64,000 nt of DNA, taken from the IMG/VR virus record IMGVR_UViG_651703056_000001, positions 32,001 through 96,000 of that record; one strand, given 5' to 3'. Within the stretch, counting starts at the first letter, position 1; the number at the start of each line of letters is the position of its first letter. The position numbers and the translations under genes are program-made. The DNA comes from a virus (taxonomy: Duplodnaviria > Caudoviricetes). Positions 8,798-15,735 of this stretch are shown here, piece by piece. The notes under the pieces were generated by a model. The model was not told where the DNA came from. It made no database searches and saw only the letters and a list, made by a program, of their open reading frames with translations.

Positions 8798-9196
8798 ATG
8801 AGAATAACTAAATACATCAAAAATAATAATGTTAAAATAGTTGTGTTATTAACAATTATTACATTAATCATTAGCATTGCATACGCATTTAATTATTCAT
8901 CAAATAAAAAAATAAATGACAAAAAAGAATCAATAAAAACTGAAATTTATTTAAATAAACTTAATGAATTAAAAGATGAAAATGATAGAATATTAGAATT
9001 ATATCGTGTTACAGATGGAATATCAGAATACGAATATGAAACTTATGAAGAAAGAGAATTAAAAAATCTTAAAGACTGGCAAAAAGATAATAATATGACA
9101 GATGAAGAATATAATGATATGAAAGATTTTGTAGAATTAAATACTAAAACATATAGTGATGTATATTTTAATCAGCCAACGAGAAATAATTACTAA
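8798..9196 (+). CDS. Very AT-rich membrane-anchored protein
   Basis: N-terminal TM helix then acidic domain; visibly lower GC than neighbours. Confidence 0.65.
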   Translation: MRITKYIKNNNVKIVVLLTIITLIISIAYAFNYSSNKKINDKKESIKTEIYLNKLNELKDENDRILELYRVTDGISEYEYETYEERELKNLKDWQKDNNMTDEEYNDMKDFVELNTKTYSDVYFNQPTRNNY

Positions 9197-9213
9197 AAAT
9201 AATGACTTTATTC

Positions 9214-9242
9214 TTGACAAGTGTTTAAGGATATGATATAAT
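9214..9242 (+). promoter_or_regulatory. Sigma70-type promoter
   Basis: TTGACA-17-TATAAT with TG. Confidence 0.85.
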
Positions 9243-9296
9243 ATATACATAGAGTCAGGGTAATAACCCACACGAACTCGAAAAGGAGAAAACATA

Positions 9297-10373
9297 ATGA
9301 CAGTAATTAACGTAAGTAACAAATTCCAAATCTTTCCAGATGACCTTAAAACATTCGATAAACTTCCAAAAGGAACGTATAATGTCCGTTTTAACAAAAT
9401 GGAGGGATTCTCTCTTATTAAACGTGATAACTTAACTGTAGATGAAAAAATGTACGGAAATCACAAAGAAAAAGCTCAAAAAGCTATTAAAACATTCGGT
9501 TTATTTGAACGCTCTATGGGTATTATTCTTTCAGGAGATAAAGGAATTGGAAAAACAATGTTTACACGCTACCTTGCAAATCAATTTGTAGAGGAAAATG
9601 AACTACCTGTGATTTTAGTTGACCAACCATACTTTGGTATTGCTGATTTCCTTTCTTCTATCAAGCAAGAAGCAATGATTCTTTTCGATGAATTTGAAAA
9701 GGTCTTTGACCAAAATGATGATAATGCTGAGAGACAAGATTCATTGCTTGGATTGTTTGATGGGCTATCTAGCACAAAACACATGTATGTAATCACGGTT
9801 AATGACTTAAATCGTTTAAGTAGTTTCATGCAAAATCGTACTGGACGATTTCATTACCATTTCCGATTCAAATATCCTAAAGGTCAAGAAGTTCGTGATT
9901 ACATCCATGACCACGTTCAAGACATTGATGAATCAGTTTTAGATAAAATTGTTGACTTTAGTACAAAAGTTAAAGTTACATTTGACACACTTCGTTCAAT
10001 TGCTTTTGAAGTAGCAAATGGACATAGCTTTTCTGAAACTATTGAAGACCTTAATATTAGCCAAGGAGACGCTTCTCGATACTCTATCTTGGTTAAACTT
10101 AAAGATGGCACAATTCATAAAATTCAAGATAAGTACGAAGTTGATTTATTCGAAGATTTTGTAAAATTTGGTGGTCATATTGATGGAGAATGGGTTAAGT
10201 TTGTCTTTGAATCTAAGAACTTACAATCAATTGCGTCCGAGGATGGATACCTTGTAGACACAGGTATTGAAGCTAAAGTTTATGATGATGAAGATGGCGA
10301 ATATGTTCCACTAGAAATTGCCGAGATTCTTCTTAAAATCAACAATGATGCAAGTATTAAATATACAGTTTAA
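9297..10373 (+). CDS. AAA+ ATPase
   Basis: Walker A GDKGIGKT, Walker B ILFDEFEK, Arg finger RTGRF. Confidence 0.9.
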   Translation: MTVINVSNKFQIFPDDLKTFDKLPKGTYNVRFNKMEGFSLIKRDNLTVDEKMYGNHKEKAQKAIKTFGLFERSMGIILSGDKGIGKTMFTRYLANQFVEENELPVILVDQPYFGIADFLSSIKQEAMILFDEFEKVFDQNDDNAERQDSLLGLFDGLSSTKHMYVITVNDLNRLSSFMQNRTGRFHYHFRFKYPKGQEVRDYIHDHVQDIDESVLDKIVDFSTKVKVTFDTLRSIAFEVANGHSFSETIEDLNISQGDASRYSILVKLKDGTIHKIQDKYEVDLFEDFVKFGGHIDGEWVKFVFESKNLQSIASEDGYLVDTGIEAKVYDDEDGEYVPLEIAEILLKINNDASIKYTV

Positions 10374-10402
10374 AAAAATATTAGACACGCAAGTGTCTAT
10401 AA

Positions 10403-10475
10403 GGCTCTTTAGCTTAATTGGTAAAGTCCTCCGCCCATAACGGAGTAAGTGCAGGTTCAAGCCCTGCAAGAGCCA
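10403..10475 (+). tRNA. tRNA-CAT (Ile2 or elongator Met)
   Basis: GGCTCTT/AAGAGCC acceptor, CTCCG-CCCATAA-CGGAG anticodon arm, GCAGG-TTCAAGC-CCTGC T arm; no encoded CCA. Confidence 0.85.
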
Positions 10476-10523
10476 TTCCCTAAAAGGAAAATAGACAGAT
10501 AGATAGAAAGAGAGGTACTAACC

Positions 10524-10754
10524 ATGATTTTAAAATATGGAGTACATAATGGCAAAGGAGAAACCGTTGTTTGTATCGTAGACAACATCACAAGTGTAGA
10601 GGAGATTGAAGGAAGTAATGCCCCAATCTTCCATCATGAACGAGGAGAGAAACCTCGAACATACTTTGGAGATATCCTTGATAATAAAGAAATTATCTTT
10701 ATGTATTTGATGAATGATGATTTCAAAACAATTAAGATTTATAAGAAGGCTTAA
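10524..10754 (+). CDS. Hypothetical phage protein
   Basis: GAGGT RBS; YLMND..KTI C-terminal motif. Confidence 0.7.
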   Translation: MILKYGVHNGKGETVVCIVDNITSVEEIEGSNAPIFHHERGEKPRTYFGDILDNKEIIFMYLMNDDFKTIKIYKKA

Positions 10755-10756
10755 AC

Positions 10757-11128
10757 ATGAAACGTATAAAAACACAGACTGTATCATTTGATGTAGATGA
10801 AGTGAAAGCATTGACAGGTTTTACTTTAAAAAACTCATGGGGAAACTATATTCTTGAACATGAAAAATATGGAATTGTCCATGACATGCTTGAAGATGAA
10901 GATGATGAATCTTTTACAGAAAATAGTCTGTTTAATTATTACATGACTGAGTTAGAAGATACCCTAAGACATTATGTTTATCAAAACTTTAGTTATGATT
11001 ATGCTCATATCGTACAAAATGGTCGATTCGAGTATGCTACTCGTGAATTTACTGTTCAATTCCATTCTGATAATAAAGTTACAGTATATTTTATCCTCGA
11101 AGAAGGTTACTCTTTGGAGATAACTTAA
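10757..11128 (+). CDS. Hypothetical phage protein
   Basis: Coupled ORF. Confidence 0.7.
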   Translation: MKRIKTQTVSFDVDEVKALTGFTLKNSWGNYILEHEKYGIVHDMLEDEDDESFTENSLFNYYMTELEDTLRHYVYQNFSYDYAHIVQNGRFEYATREFTVQFHSDNKVTVYFILEEGYSLEIT

Positions 11129-11176
11129 TTTACTTTTTATTTTATTGCTTTTGAATATAATATGTAAGGAGAAAAT

Positions 11177-11371
11177 ATGGACACAACAACTGCATTAAAG
11201 ATAACAGTAACGGCTGTGATTGGGTATATCTTTGAGTATGGATGGTATAAGAGTGTCGAGTGGATTTCTGAATGGAATTATACATGTGGAATGATATGGT
11301 TATTAGCGACATTTGCAATACAGTTATTTTTAGTTCTTAGATTTATGGATGATTTTCTTGATTTATTTTAA
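11177..11371 (+). CDS. Small membrane protein
   Basis: AAGGAG RBS; two hydrophobic segments. Confidence 0.65.
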   Translation: MDTTTALKITVTAVIGYIFEYGWYKSVEWISEWNYTCGMIWLLATFAIQLFLVLRFMDDFLDLF

Positions 11372-11380
11372 AGTTTATGC

Positions 11381-11409
11381 TTGACAAATAATAAATAATA
11401 TGGTATAAT
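11381..11409 (+). promoter_or_regulatory. Sigma70-type promoter
   Basis: TTGACA-17-TATAAT with TG. Confidence 0.85.
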
Positions 11410-11434
11410 ATACATATAACGTAAGGAGAGAAAC

Positions 11435-11647
11435 ATGGAAGATAAATATACCGACATAGTAGTTCGTACAACACTTATAAACATAATTACAGTTCCAGAA
11501 GAAGTCGCTCATGATAGAGATTTGGTTGATGATTTTGTGGAGAAGTTTGGAAAAACAAAAGAAGTGCTGGATACAGATAACATAGAAACTGATGTCTTAG
11601 AGTACTGGTTTGAGGATGAATATGGACATGAACATCGACATTATTGA
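11435..11647 (+). CDS. Hypothetical acidic protein
   Basis: AAGGAG RBS. Confidence 0.7.
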   Translation: MEDKYTDIVVRTTLINIITVPEEVAHDRDLVDDFVEKFGKTKEVLDTDNIETDVLEYWFEDEYGHEHRHY

Positions 11648-11661
11648 GAGGAAGTTTGACT

Positions 11662-11907
11662 ATGAATTTAAAAATTAAAATTACAGTATCTTATTCAAGG
11701 TATGACATGGATGATTTTAATGACGGTAGCAAAATAGACTTTGTAGTCGACATACCAATGAAACGCACCAAGAACAAAGATAAGTTAATAGAAGATATAT
11801 CTTGTTTTTGTAGTGAAACAGCAAAAAGTTTGCTTATTGCAAATGATATTGAGTTCAGAGAATATATGATTCGGACTGAATATTTAGAAAAATCAACGCC
11901 AGTATAA
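11662..11907 (+). CDS. Hypothetical phage protein
   Basis: ATG 11662 with GAGGA RBS. Confidence 0.6.
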   Translation: MNLKIKITVSYSRYDMDDFNDGSKIDFVVDIPMKRTKNKDKLIEDISCFCSETAKSLLIANDIEFREYMIRTEYLEKSTPV

Positions 11908-11934
11908 AATAATTAAAAAAATTCAACTTTATGC

Positions 11935-11963
11935 TTGACATTATATCTGAAATGTGGTATAAT
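11935..11963 (+). promoter_or_regulatory. Sigma70-type promoter for tRNA-Arg and HNH gene
   Basis: TTGACA-17-TATAAT with TG. Confidence 0.85.
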
Positions 11964-11985
11964 ATTAATATAGAGTTGATAATAA

Positions 11986-12058
11986 GTTCGGTTAGTGTAA
12001 TTGGATAACACACATAATTTCTAATTATGTACTCTGGATTCGAGTTCCAGACTGAGCA
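11986..12058 (+). tRNA. tRNA-Arg(TCT)
   Basis: CATAA-TTTCTAA-TTATG anticodon arm; GTTCGGT/ACTGAGC acceptor; CTGGA-TTCGAGT-TCCAG T arm. Confidence 0.8.
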
Positions 12059-12130
12059 TTGTGTATGAAAACCTCCACCAAAAAATAAAAGAGGAAATTG
12101 CAAAAGGACACAGTTTGCAGAGGAATACAC

Positions 12131-12619
12131 ATGGAATGGAAAACAATAAACTTTATTTATGGTTTTGAAAACCTTTATGAGGTAAACAAACTTGGACAAG
12201 TTAGAAGAATTGATTCTCAAAAAATATTAAAGCCAACGCTAAATAATACTGGGTATCATACAGTTCATCTATCTAGCGGGAAAAAGAGAAAAAGAATTGG
12301 TATCTCTATATTAGTTGCTAAAGCATTTATTCCTAATCCTGAGAATAAGCCAGAGGTTGACCATATTGATACTAATAGAACAAACAACCATATATCTAAT
12401 TTAAGATGGGTTACTCGTCAAGAGAACATGGATAACCCATTGACATTAAAACATCTTGAAGTCAACAAAGGAAATAAATATTCCGATAAAGGATATAGAG
12501 ATGATATATTAAGTTTGAGAGAAAAAGGTATGTCATATGATGAAATAGCTAAAACTCTTAATTGTTCTAAATCTACCGTCCATTACCACATCAAAGGTAA
12601 AGGAAACGAAAATAATTAA
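12131..12619 (+). CDS. NUMOD4-HNH homing endonuclease with C-terminal HTH
   Basis: EWK...YEVN..G.VR (NUMOD4); VDHIDTNRTNNHISNLRWVT..EN (HNH); MSYDEIAKTLNCSKSTV (HTH). Confidence 0.9.
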   Translation: MEWKTINFIYGFENLYEVNKLGQVRRIDSQKILKPTLNNTGYHTVHLSSGKKRKRIGISILVAKAFIPNPENKPEVDHIDTNRTNNHISNLRWVTRQENMDNPLTLKHLEVNKGNKYSDKGYRDDILSLREKGMSYDEIAKTLNCSKSTVHYHIKGKGNENN

Positions 12620-12637
12620 AGTATAATTACTTTATAC

Positions 12638-12666
12638 TTGACAAACATTAAACAATATGTTATAAT
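12638..12666 (+). promoter_or_regulatory. Sigma70-type promoter of the RNA-gene cluster
   Basis: TTGACA-17-TATAAT with TG; followed by ~1.27 kb without a long ORF. Confidence 0.85.
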
Positions 12667-12687
12667 AGTATATAGTGATTATTAAAT

Positions 12688-12838
12688 GAAATAGAGTGCG
12701 AGGTCAGTCATATTATTATGATAGTGGACTGAATGACTAGAGTAAAAAGACTAACAATCTTCTAGTCTTAGAATAGGCAAGTTCCGTTCAATGTCTCCCA
12801 AGATTCGGCTGGAGAGACCGAGAAGACAGCTTTATTTC
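12688..12838 (+). ncRNA. Structured RNA of unknown class
   Basis: Closing stem GAAATAGAGT/GCTTTATTTC; inner stems CAGTC/GACTG, AAGACTA/TAGTCTT, GTCTC/GAGAC. Confidence 0.45.
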
Positions 12839-12842
12839 TAAA

Positions 12843-12915
12843 GATTCATTGGTGTAGTGGTTATCACGCTTGCCTGTCACGCAAGAGAACAGGGGTTCGA
12901 ATCCCCTATGAATCG
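12843..12915 (+). tRNA. tRNA-Asp(GTC)
   Basis: GATTCAT/ATGAATC acceptor; CTTGC-CTGTCAC-GCAAG; AGGGG-TTCGAAT-CCCCT; G73. Confidence 0.93.
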
Positions 12916-13027
12916 TAGATGATATAGATGATAATTACATTATTGCAATTAATTATTTATATCATCAAGTCCATAGTAAGGCAATCACATTTCATGTGAT
13001 ATTGTTTACGACATTGGGCGAAATTTT

Positions 13028-13115
13028 ATCGAGTTAGCTCAATGGTAGAGGCGATGACGGTGTACACCGTAAAAACGGGAGGTCATAGACAGAGGTTCGA
13101 TTCCTCTACTCGCTG
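13028..13115 (+). ncRNA. tRNA-like RNA with 23-nt anticodon loop
   Basis: Normal D arm (TAGCTCAATGGTAGAG), ATGAC/GTCAT stem around a 23-nt loop, AGAGG-TTCGATT-CCTCT T arm. Confidence 0.7.
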
Positions 13116-13116
13116 T

Positions 13117-13197
13117 AATTAACTGAGGACGGAACAGGCAACCGTCACACCCTAGTGGTTTAAAGAGATGTGGGAAATGTCACCCCACCAGTTAATT
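13117..13197 (+). ncRNA. Degenerate tRNA-like element
   Basis: AATTAACTG/CAGTTAATT stem, GACGG/CCGTC D-like hairpin, GTGGG/CCCAC stem with non-canonical loop. Confidence 0.4.
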
Positions 13198-13200
13198 TAA

Positions 13201-13267
13201 AACAAGTCTGCTTATGTATCTTAAATGATATACTGATTAGATTAGGGTTGGATTCCCTAACTTGTTA
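13201..13267 (+). ncRNA. D-armless tRNA-like RNA
   Basis: AACAAGT/ACTTGTT acceptor stacked on TAGGG-TTGGATT-CCCTA T arm; one central hairpin. Confidence 0.6.
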
Positions 13268-13462
13268 TAGATAAGATAGTAACACGAGTCTTATCGTCCC
13301 TCGCGGATGAAATCTGGCGAGCTATCAAAATTTGAGGTGCTTAGGAAAATAATAAAGATAGTCCTAATTGTTAAATGAGTAAAGCTATCCAAGTCGACAG
13401 TAACTAACAGCCCTTTATTTATTATATGTCAGTGAATCTTTAACGTAGCTGGTATATAATAA

Positions 13463-13534
13463 CAGGATATGGTGTTAATGGTAGCATGCGTGTTTTGGGA
13501 ACATGTAGTGCTGGTTCGAGTCCAGCTATCCTGA
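13463..13534 (+). tRNA. tRNA-Pro(TGG)
   Basis: CAGGATA/TATCCTG acceptor; CGTGT-TTTGGGA-ACATG; GCTGG-TTCGAGT-CCAGC. Confidence 0.92.
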
Positions 13535-13701
13535 TGAGTGGTGTATAGTCCACGAAGTGCTAAGCTATTGCGCAGTACCTTGGCTCAACTATACAAGAAC
13601 CATATTGAACATAACTGGTGCATGGTTATTAGGATATGGGGTTAGTTAACGGAAGACCTAGTGTATTAAAGTGTCACAGGCTTAATTAAGTGACAGCTGA
13701 T

Positions 13702-13758
13702 TAGAGTAACAGGTGTGCTAACGTATATTGCGAGAGGCTCGATTCCTCTCTGCTCTGT
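13702..13758 (+). ncRNA. Miniature D-armless tRNA-like RNA
   Basis: TAGAGTA/TGCTCTG acceptor, GAGAGG-CTCGATT-CCTCTC T arm, GTGTGC-TAAC-GTATAT hairpin. Confidence 0.55.
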
Positions 13759-13765
13759 TGAGGGA

Positions 13766-13818
13766 GCATAAACCTGGCGAAAAGTTATGTGGAGGAATGA
13801 ACCTGGCGAAAAATTCAT
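13766..13818 (+). repeat. Two tandem hairpins sharing loop sequence ACCTGGCGAAAA
   Basis: GCATAA-ACCTGGCGAAAAG-TTATGT and ATGAA-CCTGGCGAAAAA-TTCAT. Confidence 0.7.
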
Positions 13819-13875
13819 CTGATATTATGGTTAAATAAAGGACGCTTTATGTTGGTTCGATTCCAACTATCGGAT
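13818..13875 (+). ncRNA. Miniature D-armless tRNA-like RNA
   Basis: TCTGATA/TATCGGA acceptor, GTTGG-TTCGATT-CCAAC T arm, ATAAAG-GACG-CTTTAT hairpin. Confidence 0.65.
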
Positions 13876-13936
13876 ATAGGTGTTGCTTATTCACCGTATA
13901 ATAAGCTAGAAAAGTAAGTATAGTAGGTAAATAAAA

Positions 13937-14452
13937 ATGACAAATCCAATTCTAATCAAAGAATTAAGTTTTCAACTTAAGGAATACCGAGATATCTTAA
14001 CAGATATTATTAAGTTATCTGCACGTTCTGATGACCAAGCAAATTCAGCTAAAAATATATTATTTCAAATATTTTATCATACAGAATGGATGATTCAAAT
14101 GTATGCTGGTAATTATGAAGAAAAACCACATAGAGATTCCGAAGATTTAAGTTTCAAAGAGGGAAAAGTTTCTCAAAATATTGTAAAATATATTATGGAC
14201 AACTTCAAAGGTATTCCACTCACAGAAGAAGGTTTGAGTAAGTTGACTAATAAAGAAAAAGAATTTTTAAAACCTTTCGAAGACCTAGTATCTATCACCC
14301 ACAGAATGATAAGGGCTGTTGTGGATTATTCAGATAGTCATTCTGAAAGTAAAACCATAGACAGAACAGATGCACAACCTCTTAGTATTTTATATTTCAT
14401 TGATTCACTAAAAGAAAGAACGACTTATGCTATGGAAAAAGAAGTCTACTAA
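13937..14452 (+). CDS. Hypothetical protein embedded in the RNA cluster
   Basis: 171-aa ORF with AGGT RBS. Confidence 0.7.
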   Translation: MTNPILIKELSFQLKEYRDILTDIIKLSARSDDQANSAKNILFQIFYHTEWMIQMYAGNYEEKPHRDSEDLSFKEGKVSQNIVKYIMDNFKGIPLTEEGLSKLTNKEKEFLKPFEDLVSITHRMIRAVVDYSDSHSESKTIDRTDAQPLSILYFIDSLKERTTYAMEKEVY

Positions 14453-14454
14453 AT

Positions 14455-14858
14455 TAGGTGACTCATTACAGTTAGATTAGGCGTATGATATTATCCTTTG
14501 GTTTAAATCCATAAAGACAGAGCATAAAGCTCGACTGTGTGTCTATTGCGTGCAATAGATGACGGTTATATCTTGATACAATTAAAAGGAACTTTGAGTA
14601 GTTCGCCTTTATGGAAATGGGTTGTTAGTGTATACCGCAAAATAAAACTATCTGTATCCGTTACTCTTGACGATATAAGAAGCTTAAAATCATGTTTGGT
14701 CTTTGCATATCCTTCCTAAAGACTAAGGTGTACCGATTGACGGTACTTAAATGTCATAGAGTTGACAGCCAAGCAGAGGGTGCATAGCATAGAAGCGAAT
14801 CTAGGGAGCTATAAGTTAAATGATACAGCCAAACAGAAACCGAAACTAACAGCTCTTT
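14455..14858 (+). ncRNA. Candidate large structured RNA
   Basis: No credible ORF; many hairpins (GTCTATTGC/GCAATAGAT, TAAAGG..CCTTTA, GTACCG/CGGTAC, GAGCT/AGCTC). Confidence 0.45.
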
Positions 14859-14865
14859 GCATAGT

Positions 14866-14936
14866 GCGAACATAGTATAGTGGTAATGCTACAGACTCTA
14901 AGTATGTAAACGTAGGTTCGATTCCTACTGTTCGTA
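14866..14936 (+). tRNA. tRNA with CTA anticodon (amber suppressor-like, Gly-like body)
   Basis: GCGAACA/TGTTCGT acceptor; ACAGA-CTCTAAG-TATGT (one G.A mismatch); GTAGG-TTCGATT-CCTAC. Confidence 0.65.
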
Positions 14937-14992
14937 TATCAGTACCTTATCCGCTTAAGTAGAAATACAGCGCATTAGATAAGGGCGATTGA

Positions 14993-15064
14993 ATCCGTTT
15001 AGTGTAGTGGTTAACACATCAGATTCCAAACCTGATAACGTGGGTTCGATTCCTACAATGGATG
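14993..15064 (+). tRNA. tRNA-Trp(CCA)
   Basis: ATCCGTT/AATGGAT acceptor; TCAGA-TTCCAAA-CCTGA; G73. Confidence 0.85.
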
Positions 15065-15069
15065 TTTTA

Positions 15070-15272
15070 TATGTGTGCAAGTCTCTCGTAAGGGAGATGG
15101 TGTTAAATGAGGAAGATGTCCGACAGCCATATAAAAACAACACACCAAAATACGACTCTATATAGTATTTTGGCTGGCAATCTTGGTGGTAATCGTTATA
15201 GGGACGGTAAGTCCGAAAATGATAGGGAAGGTGTTGTATGCCTATCTGCGAGAGTGTTCAAGAAACTCTCAT
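15070..15272 (+). ncRNA. Candidate structured RNA between tRNA-Trp and tRNA-Met
   Basis: Hairpins GTCTCTC/GGGAGAT, CCAAAATAC/GTATTTTGG, GGAC/GTCC, GATAGG/CCTATC, GAGAGT/ACTCTC. Confidence 0.5.
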
Positions 15273-15277
15273 TTTAT

Positions 15278-15349
15278 ACAGGGTGGGTGGCAAGGCGTCA
15301 CGCTAGTTTCATAAGCTAGAATAGAACGGTTCGATTCCGTTACCTTGAA
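15278..15349 (+). tRNA. tRNA-Met(CAT), initiator-like
   Basis: 1:72 mismatch (ACAGGGT/ACCTTGA); CTAGT-TTCATAA-GCTAG; AACGG-TTCGATT-CCGTT; lacks the three G-C anticodon-stem pairs. Confidence 0.8.
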
Positions 15350-15480
15350 TATTGCTGAAAAGTAAGAACCGACTGTCCGAAATATATCAATATAGAAGTC
15401 TACGGTATAGAAAACGTTCATAAGGGTGTGATTGTTCCGTATGGGAACTTGACCATAAGTTGCTCGTTAACCCTTAGCCA

Positions 15481-15547
15481 GAAAGAGTGGTCTAATGTAA
15501 GACACTTGAAATTTCAAGAGTTGTGAGTTCAAATCTCATCTCTTTCA
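15481..15547 (+). ncRNA. tRNA-like RNA lacking an anticodon loop
   Basis: Perfect GAAAGAG/CTCTTTC acceptor, GTCT/AGAC D stem, CTTGA-AATT-TCAAG arm with 4-nt loop, GTGAG-TTCAAAT-CTCAT T arm. Confidence 0.75.
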
Positions 15548-15658
15548 TATATTGGTCTTAACAGATAATGTGAAGGTTATATTAGCTAGTCTATGATATA
15601 ACTCAAAAAACTACTCGTACAGTACTCGATTTGTAGTTTACCAATACACAATTTGGTT

Positions 15659-15735
15659 TCCCACTTCGTTTAAATATTGGAATAAGACTGCCTATTCGAG
15701 AACAGGTAACCTCGGTTCGATTCCGAGGGTGGGAA
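15659..15735 (+). ncRNA. tRNA-like RNA with enlarged (8-10 nt) anticodon loop
   Basis: TCCCACT/GGTGGGA acceptor, CTCGG-TTCGATT-CCGAG T arm, GCCT-ATTCGAGAAC-AGGT arm. Confidence 0.7.

Noticed and set aside
13531-13590. Canonical hammerhead ribozyme
   Set aside because: GAAA core is GAAG and stem I cannot form; kept only as a low-confidence finding.
14825-15125. RNase P RNA (ACAGAAACC and GAGGAAGATGTCC resemble its conserved regions)
   Set aside because: The motifs are in the wrong order, separated by tRNAs, and P4 pairing is absent.
14537-15319. ORFs 14537-14719, 14955-15143 and 15107-15319
   Set aside because: No RBS, atypical composition, and they overlap tRNAs or structured RNA.
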